A stretch of 64,000 bases of DNA, taken from the human T2T-CHM13v2.0 reference genome, Homo sapiens. A model generated the notes under the pieces. The model saw only the letters and a program-made list of their open reading frames with translations, searched no databases and was not told the DNA's origin. Where the stretch lies: assembly GCF_009914755.1 (NCBI RefSeq), contig NC_060939.1. The stretch is one strand, 5' to 3'. The translations under genes were made by a program, and so were the position numbers. Positions 55,616-64,000 of the stretch are shown here, piece after piece (position 1 is the stretch's first letter; every line of letters starts with the position of its first letter).

Positions 55616-55869
55616 ATATATTCATTAATAAACGGAATACACTCATGTACTTCAAGATCTAAAATTTAATCTCCAAGTCAGGGTTGTGGAAGACTTACAC
55701 AAATCCCAGTTGAAACTCATTCTCAAATCTCAGGATTTCAGAAAAAAAAAAAAAAAACAAAACTTTGCAGGCTTGGCGTGTTAGCTGGCTTTTACACTGA
55801 CCAACACTCACAGCTCCCATACTATCCCGGTAAAATCCCAACCCTGTATTCATTCATTATTCCAACCTG

Positions 55870-56340
55870 ATCAGCTAGGACCACCAGGGACAAACCTGAA
55901 GCCCAACAAAGTCAGCTTTATTGACCCCTCACCACAAGGGAGTCCACACACCGGAGGAAGCATGGGGCGTCTCTCCAAACAAAAGAAAAGATAGAGTTGT
56001 AGGATTTGGGAGGATACAGTTTAGGTGAAATTTAAATAAAGTAGGGTTGTGATAGGCTGAAAGCAAAACATGGCAGTGTTACAGGGGTCACATCAGGATG
56101 ATGAAGTGGACCCAGGGTCTCGTTTCCTTGAAAACTCCAAAGTTAAGATACATGTGGAATGTGCTGTCCAGAAACCCTTTATCTGACATTCCATACCAGA
56201 TTGGAAATCAATGCTGCTTCTGTTTCAAGCTGACTCATTGCAAAGATACACCTATGAACTGTGTAGTTATAATTTCCTTCATATATATGATAATAGCCTC
56301 CTGTTTGTAGTAAAGTCCTATTTTATCCCCTGAAACAGCT
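55870..56340. mobile_element. Probable old ERV LTR (family uncertain)
   Basis: gtcagctttattgac...gaagcatggggcgtctc resembles antisense MER76-type LTRs. Confidence 0.35.
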
Positions 56341-57804
56341 CTTCTTTGAGGGGAGGTTGCTAAAGAAACAGGAAGGCTGTATCCCCCAGGAATCTCTGCA
56401 AACTGGGGAACTGTGTGATGTCCCAGAGCATTGGTTTGGGGTGGTTTTTTTTTTTGCTTTGCTTTGCTTTGCTTTTTTTTTTTCTTTTCCTTTCTTTTCT
56501 TTTCTTTTGATACTGGTATCTAAGAGTACAAAGTTTGGAACCTCTCACAAAATTAGCACACTGAAAAATCTCATGACAGCTTCTAAAGTTTTTATCTTTT
56601 TCATAAGAGCATTGGCTTAGTGGCTTTTGAGAATAGAATTTAGGTCTTTGGTTCTTCTTGGGGGCTGGAGCTTTTCCTGCCTGGAACCTCTGCAGTTCCA
56701 TAATGATTTGGTAACTGGAGTGTTGATTTATAGAGGTTTTATTGTGCAAATTTTATTATGCTTATACTTAATAAATGTGCAAAGAATCTGGACTGCAGAT
56801 TCATTGGACCAACTTCTTTTATATACTTTGTGAGGAAAAATTAAATGCATATAAAATATGTCTTGACAGAGTCAGAAAGCTAGAAATATTTTTGCATTAA
56901 GGCCAAAACCATTTTGGTGAGACTCTGTGATATTATAGAGGTAAGCAGTATGTAACATAATTGATATAGGAACCCGAAATCAAAATGTATTATTATTGAA
57001 ATATTCTACCTTTAGGTAATGTGTGATGCCCATCAAAGGAACCAGATACACTCAGAACTAGGTGAAAATAGGGAAAGTCATAAAAAGGATGAAAGCTGTC
57101 ACTGCGTGGTTTTCAACAAAGGGTGCCATGTGGAGAAGATTCTCTTTCACCCTGTCCGGAGCCCATAGGCCTTGTGTTGTGAGCAGGATGAGATGAGGGC
57201 AAATGCATGTGCTGGTTCCCTGTGTCTCCTCCAGACGCTCCCACGGTCTCTCTAATGGAGCAAACTCATAACCAAATGTTCCAGTTTTTGCCCCCACAAC
57301 CCATCCGCACGCTGTGTCATCCACACTGAGGTATGGAGTTGAAATTTAAAGAAAGCAAGGTTTTGATAGACTGAAGGCAAAACATAACTGTTACTACCTC
57401 ACTATATGCTAGTATCCCTCCTTTACGACACTCTGGTATCTGGCCAGCAAAGTCCTGCTCGTACTCCAAGCTCTGAGACCACCTCTTCTGCAAAGCCTTC
57501 CTGATTCTGCAAAGAACAGGTAGGCATTTCATCCTTGGGACCTCACAGCAATTCAGGACACATTTGTGTCCCAGCCCTGCTTGGCTTGGCTGTCTCCATG
57601 AATATACACTTTGCAACTTCTGCACCAGGCATCATACCAAGCACACAGTAGGCACTCCTGTGTTTTTTGAATAAGTGACTATATCATCACCACATTTCAA
57701 ATGCGGAATATATGAGCTACTAGAAAAGACATAAGGGTAGATTTTACATCTTTATTGTATCCTAGATATACAAGTCTATTACTGCCTTTTCCCATGTTCT
57801 GTCA

Positions 57805-58200
<396 letters not shown>

Positions 58201-58324
58201 TTAATCTTCTGTCCTTTGCATTGCAGAAACACACACACAGAAATTCACAAGAGTGTGAGGTATGGGACTGAGCATGCACAGGACCCATTTTCAATATTTA
58301 GCCCATATACACCCATGTGTGCAT

Positions 58325-58326
<2 letters not shown>

Positions 58327-58360
<34 letters not shown>
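58327..58360 (+). repeat. (AC)n microsatellite
   Basis: Direct reading. Confidence 0.95.
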
Positions 58361-58362
<2 letters not shown>

Positions 58363-59403
58363 GGCATCTGCCACTCAGAATGTCTGAGGCGACATGTCTA
58401 GCTCTTCTTTACCCAGTAAATGGCACCAGTTCTCAGGCCCAAGAGATACTGAAGAGGTGCCTTGGAAATAAAGCAAACCTAGGGATGTGTTGTTTCTCAT
58501 CCCTCCCTTCTCTGGCAATCCTAGTTCCTTTTTCTTTCAAGTGACAAGTGGCAGCGGCCCGTGGAGGCCTCTCCTTTGCTCTGTCCCAGGCGGTGATGGC
58601 ACCAGACATGCAGGGTAGGTGAGGCAATGCGGAGGCACAGATGCAGAGCACATCTAATGGTCGTCAGCAGTCATGGCAAGTGACCAGGAAATCCCAAGCC
58701 TCCCGGCATTGTCCAAGTCACTTATGCACAGAATAAGTCTGTTCCCCTTGTGATCCCATTGTGTATTTTCTCACATACCCTCGCCTAAACCCTTCTCCAG
58801 TCCTCCCTGGTGGAGCTAACCACACCACACAGTTCTGTGCTTTTCATGGTCAAATTTCCCTTTGTCTAAGTGCTTCCAGCATCATGATATCACCATCTCA
58901 GGGAAGGGCCCTGTTGCTGGCATCCAAGAGTGGTCCATACTCACACAGCCATTGATCAGGCCTCTGTCAAACTCTTGGCTTGTTTCATTTGATTCCTAGA
59001 GTTCCAAGTCTAAAGTCATTTACTTTTTTCTTGCTCTTTATTTTGTCTCTCTTCCATAATGTCCCACTGACCTCTACACTAGCCCCTGAATTCACTGACC
59101 TCATTTATTATCTGCTAATTACCTGTGTACAGTTCCCCCCTTCAACATGACATATTTCTATTTTGATCAACATGTCCGCATATAAGGCAACCGAACTGAT
59201 CTCGAATAGTTTTCCTGCTGCCTGAAGCCCAGCCAGTGCCTGACCTCACCACCTTGTTCCTGCTTGCTAGCAAATAGAGGAATAATTGAATTGCAATCTT
59301 GAACAATGGGAGGTGGCCAGGTGCTGTCTCCCTTTCTAAATATATTAAAACTGACCCAAAGAAGGAAACCACTGCGGTCACTAGACTCAAGAGTTGTAGA
59401 TAT

Positions 59404-59701
<298 letters not shown>

Positions 59702-60732
59702 GATTTGTAGATCTGGCATTTTCCCACCTTCAGAGAGCCAGAGGGCCTCTGAGTTCATTTCCGTGGAGCTGGACCATGGACAATGTCCATAAACGCCGTA
59801 AAATGTCAAGGGAAGACAAGCAGTGGCCAGGTGCTGGACAACCCCAGCAGGACCCATCTTCCCAAGACACAGAGCATTCCTATGGGAGCCTGTATCCTTT
59901 TGATTAAAAAAATTTGATTTCTCCCTTATTTGAGTGCCAAGTGGTTGAGATAGTTCCTTTTGCTTTCCTATCCACAAACATCTAAGTGGAAAAGCTAAAC
60001 CCGCATGGTCTGAAGGAAAAGGAATAGGCTAAATAAGATCTTTACTTAATCCCTTAATAGCCGGGTCCCACTGCAAGCTGTGAACCATGTATTCACCTTT
60101 ATAACTGCACAGTGTACTTAATGTTTGTTGAATTTAATTAAAAATCTGTTCTATTTAATGGAAGGAGATCTGTAGCTGGACAAACTTTAATTCCACAAAA
60201 GTTCTTTGCATCCCATTAACTTTACAGTCAGTACTGCCTTTTACTCAGCCAATAATTGTGCTTAATTGGAACGTTATTTTAAATAATGGTCTCAAGTTAT
60301 AGCCACACTGTAAATTTTTACTACCAGGGTAATTTAAACAAATGATCGTTTCAGATTCAACACTGTCTTGCAAACTGTCAAGTTTCTTACTACCCTCTGG
60401 GTCAGTGTGTCATACAAGATGAGCTTGAAAAACCACTGAAACACTTTCATGACTGATGAAATATTAAGATGTTTATGTTAAAAGATAGCCCCTATGTTGC
60501 AGTTAAAATTGTAAGGAGTTGGAACTTCAGAAAATATGAATGCCTGGCCAATTAGCAACAGAGATAAGACAGAGTTGTAGAATAAAGTATAGTGTTCTTC
60601 CCGGCAGGAGTTGTATACTGGCCTGGACTGTGGGGAAGACAGTTATTTGTGAAGAAGCATCTTCCCGTGGTTGGTTCAGGTTCAGGGGTTACATTTCTCA
60701 CGTTATAAACGTCCATTAATAATAGCTCAGTG

Positions 60733-60751
60733 TTGCCACCAGGTGGCAGCA
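60733..60751 (+). promoter_or_regulatory. CTCF-binding motif (candidate)
   Basis: TTGCCACCAGGTGGCAGCA matches the CCASYAGRKGGCRS core exactly; in non-repeat DNA. Confidence 0.65.
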
Positions 60752-61736
60752 GAGAAAGGAAGGCAGAATTGAATCAGCTTTTTTTTTTTTTTTTTTTTTT
60801 TTAATTGACACCTAGACATTCCATTTAACAAATTCTGGCTTTTTATCGAAAATAGATGTATCCTTATTAATCCAATGAAAGTAAAACAAAAAACCTAAAG
60901 CAGTTATAAACATTCATTCAACACCATTCAAACATTCATTCAACACGGTCATTTATTGAGCCCCTGCTACTCTCCTAGGTACTGGGGCTACAGAGATTAA
61001 GAAGTAGCCCTGTCCCTCAGAAGCTCACGGTCTCATGGGAAGTAGACAAATGCTCAGATCACTGAAATACCATTGGATGGGTACTTTATTAGAAGAACAT
61101 GAAAGACGCTTGCCAAAGGGGGAGGCAGCTGCTCTTCCGCCCTTTCTTGAATCTTCTACTTCTGTGCTTCAACCTATCCCTTAAATGTACCTGGTGTAGC
61201 AGGCTAGTTTGTCAGGCAGGTACTTTCATTCCAGTTTAATGACCTAGACAGCCTCCTCCCTCCAAAATATACATGCACATATCTACCCAAACCCAATTCT
61301 TTCTCTAGAACGAAGCTTGGCCCATTTAGGACACTTTCTCTTTGACGCTTCCAGAGAACTTTAGAAAAGTTACTATTTGTGTTCCTTCTATAATCATTCC
61401 CCTGCCTAGGGAATCTCTCTTTTGTTATCTTGAACTATAATGAAGATGCTTTGTATCTGCCTTTGAGCATATTTAGACCGTGTCCACAAATAGATTATTG
61501 ATTCCTTTTAGGGCAGGCTCTTCTTTGCACCCCCACAGTTCCTAGCAAAGACCTGTGAGGTAGGTGTGTGTAAACCCTCAAATGAAGGGGGAGCGTAAGT
61601 GTGCATGCATGTGTGAATTGTCCTCACTGTTTCTGTGCCCTCTCTTCATCAGCACCCGAATCTCTGTGCATCTCCACCCATAGCCCAGCTTTCCAGTGTG
61701 TGGGACTGTCCTTCAGACATTCTCCTGTTGTTGCAG

Positions 61737-61866
61737 GATCGCAGTACCCTATTTTCCGCTGTGTGCACAGAAGCACTCATGAAGAGGCTCCTGAGAGTTA
61801 CTGTGACTCCAGCATGAAGCCGACCCCCGAGGAGGAGCCCTGCAACATCTTCCCTTGCCCAGCCTT
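61737..61866 (+). CDS. THSD4: THSD4 internal coding exon (rest of TSP1 repeat), 130 nt, phase 1 to 2
   Basis: Acceptor ctcctgttgttgcag|GA, donor GCCTT|gtaaga. Translates (G)SQYPIFRCVHRSTHEEAPESYCDSSMKPTPEEEPCNIFPCPA(F). Confidence 0.96.
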
Positions 61867-61901
61867 GTAAGAAGGCCCCTCCATTTAGGTCGCCTATTAC
61901 C

Positions 61902-61917
61902 AGGTCACTTCAGGTCA
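61902..61917 (+). promoter_or_regulatory. Perfect DR4 nuclear receptor element (candidate)
   Basis: AGGTCA-cttc-AGGTCA. Confidence 0.5.
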
Positions 61918-62270
61918 CTTATGCACAGGACCTTAGGAACAGATATAAGTCAGTCTAAATCTGAGTTAGAAATACAAGACTTGGACCATGCATAAAATGC
62001 AGTCTGTTTAGCAGGCACACCTGTCTTTCAGGATGAACTCAGGAGCTGATAGCCTTTAGCAAGTCAACCCACTTCTGGGAAGCCCACCCTTGACAAAGCT
62101 GGAGCAATTAGGTTTGAGCCTGGTAAGGAAAACAAAGGAGGAAGCAAAAAACGAGAAGCCAGTGTAGTTGGTGTCGTAGGTGAGCTGTTCACAGAGAGAG
62201 GATAATGCAAGTCACAAAAACATCAGCCTGGAGAGGCCAAGAAAAGTGTCTCGGGAGAGGTCTTGAACTG

Positions 62271-62575
62271 TTTTGGTTTTTTGGTTTTGTTTTTGTTTTT
62301 ATGGCAGAGTCTAGCTCTGTTGCCCAGGCCAGATTGCAGTGGCACGATCTCAGCAAACTCCGCCTCCTGGATTCAAGCAATTCTCCTGCATCAGCCTCCC
62401 GAGTAGCTGGGACTACAGGTGCACATTACCACGCCTGGCTAATTTTTGTATTTTTTGTAGGGACAGGGTTTTGCCATGTTGGCCAGGCTGGTCTTGAACT
62501 CCTGAGCACTAATGGTCTGCCCACCTCAGCCTCCCAAAGTGCTGGGATTACGGGCGTGAGCCACTGCGCCTGGCC
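62271..62575 (-). mobile_element. Alu (S-like)
   Basis: Full reverse dimer; flanks share ttgaactg. Confidence 0.92.
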
Positions 62576-63007
62576 TTGAACTGGTTATTGAATGATAAAT
62601 GGGACACTTGAAGAAGAACAAGGGGAAAGGGCCCTAAAAGGGTCAAAACCTAATTTGCAGAGTAATAAAAATATAATTCTCATCCAAGTATATGGTGAGC
62701 ATGGGCTGATGTCTCATTTAACTAATAACAGAGCAGATGACAGAGGAGGGTTTGCGAAACTGATACGGGAATTGTTAATGAAAAATAATGCTAGAATAAG
62801 ATTCCTAAGTTAGTAGCAAAAATGAGTTAATGATCTACAGTGTAATAAAACTAACCTTTGGAGGTTTTTTTTTTAATTAGATAAAAATCATTTGTACGTT
62901 TTCAGTTTTCTATAACTTTTCATAGAATCTGGGCCCTAATCACTGGTAAATAGCATGTCAAGTGTCAGGCAAATTTATCTGCCTTTACAGAGTCAGATGA
63001 CCCTTAG

Positions 63008-63325
<318 letters not shown>

Positions 63326-63468
63326 TAGGCTGACTTTCAAGCAATGCTCTAGTAAGAAACTCTACCCATAGTGATTCTGATGATTCTGTGTACGCTGCTG
63401 CGGGCTCACGCTGACTTCCTGTTGACTGAAGGTTGTCTCTCACTCTCGCTCTCTCATTCCTGAACCAG

Positions 63469-63673
63469 CTGGGACATCGGGGAGTGGTCTGAGTGCAGCA
63501 AGACCTGTGGCCTGGGCATGCAGCACCGCCAGGTTCTGTGCCGCCAGGTGTACGCCAACCGCAGCCTGACGGTGCAGCCCTACCGCTGCCAGCACCTGGA
63601 GAAACCTGAGACCACCAGCACCTGCCAACTCAAGATCTGCAGCGAGTGGCAGATCCGGACCGACTGGACCTCG
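63469..63673 (+). CDS. THSD4: THSD4 internal coding exon (complete TSP1 repeat plus start of next), 205 nt, phase 2 to 0
   Basis: Pyrimidine tract then gaaccag|C, donor TCG|gtacgc. Translates (F)WDIGEWSECSKTCGLGMQHRQVLCRQVYANRSLTVQPYRCQHLEKPETTSTCQLKICSEWQIRTDWTS, a canonical TSR (WxxxxWSxCSxTCGxGxQxRxVxC). Confidence 0.97.
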
Positions 63674-64000
63674 GTACGCAGGCAGGGCAGCCCGCTCTGC
63701 AGCTCCCTCTCCAGCTCCCACCACACTTTCCAGCCTCCCCCACCAAGACCTGAGATGGGTAACCCTGAGTTCCACAGGAGGGAACCCGTCCCGTGGGGGT
63801 CTGGACGGCTGTTTTTGCAAACCACAGGATGTACCAATAGTTCAATAGAGTTCAGGGTAGTGTGTGCCACCCACAGCCAACTTTATGAGTGAGCCCAGGG
63901 GGAGCCCTCTGATACTGGCCTCATCTGCTTTGTGAGTCATGGTGAAGTGAAGGTTGGCAACTGCTGGTAGAGCCAACTCCTTCCAATTTTCCCTACCCAT

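Noticed and set aside
61601-61736. Open frame extending upstream of the exon, suggesting alternative acceptors
   Set aside because: The nearest upstream AGs (61716, 61696) add 20 and 40 nt and break the frame

Overview
Primate, almost certainly human, genomic DNA (it carries an AluYa5 with all five diagnostic changes). It is an internal segment of THSD4 (ADAMTSL6; thrombospondin type-1 domain-containing 4), transcribed on the + strand. The first ~45 kb is the 3' part of one long intron. Five coding exons follow: 45213-45388, 47785-47881, 54375-54650, 61737-61866 and 63469-63673. All have AG/GT boundaries and matching phases, and they splice into one continuous frame encoding the ADAMTS spacer, a charged/Pro-rich linker and TSP1 repeats. 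The gene continues beyond both window ends. The remainder is Alu, L1, L2, MIR, MaLR LTR (THE1/MST/MLT1), MER21, hAT/mariner MITEs and microsatellites, and nearly all ORF-track entries are artefacts of these. I see no evidence for a new multi-gene system. The best leads are: an in-frame intronic read-through with stop and AATAAA that would give a truncated isoform; a CAGCAG tandem acceptor; a perfect 51-bp-arm inverted repeat; a perfect DR4 nuclear-receptor element beside an exon; a near-palindromic CTCF motif; a 1.24-kb CT tract upstream of a skippable exon; a young 5'-truncated AluYa5; and several nested or chimeric insertions. Repeat subfamily names are from recall of consensus sequences and repeat boundaries are approximate.
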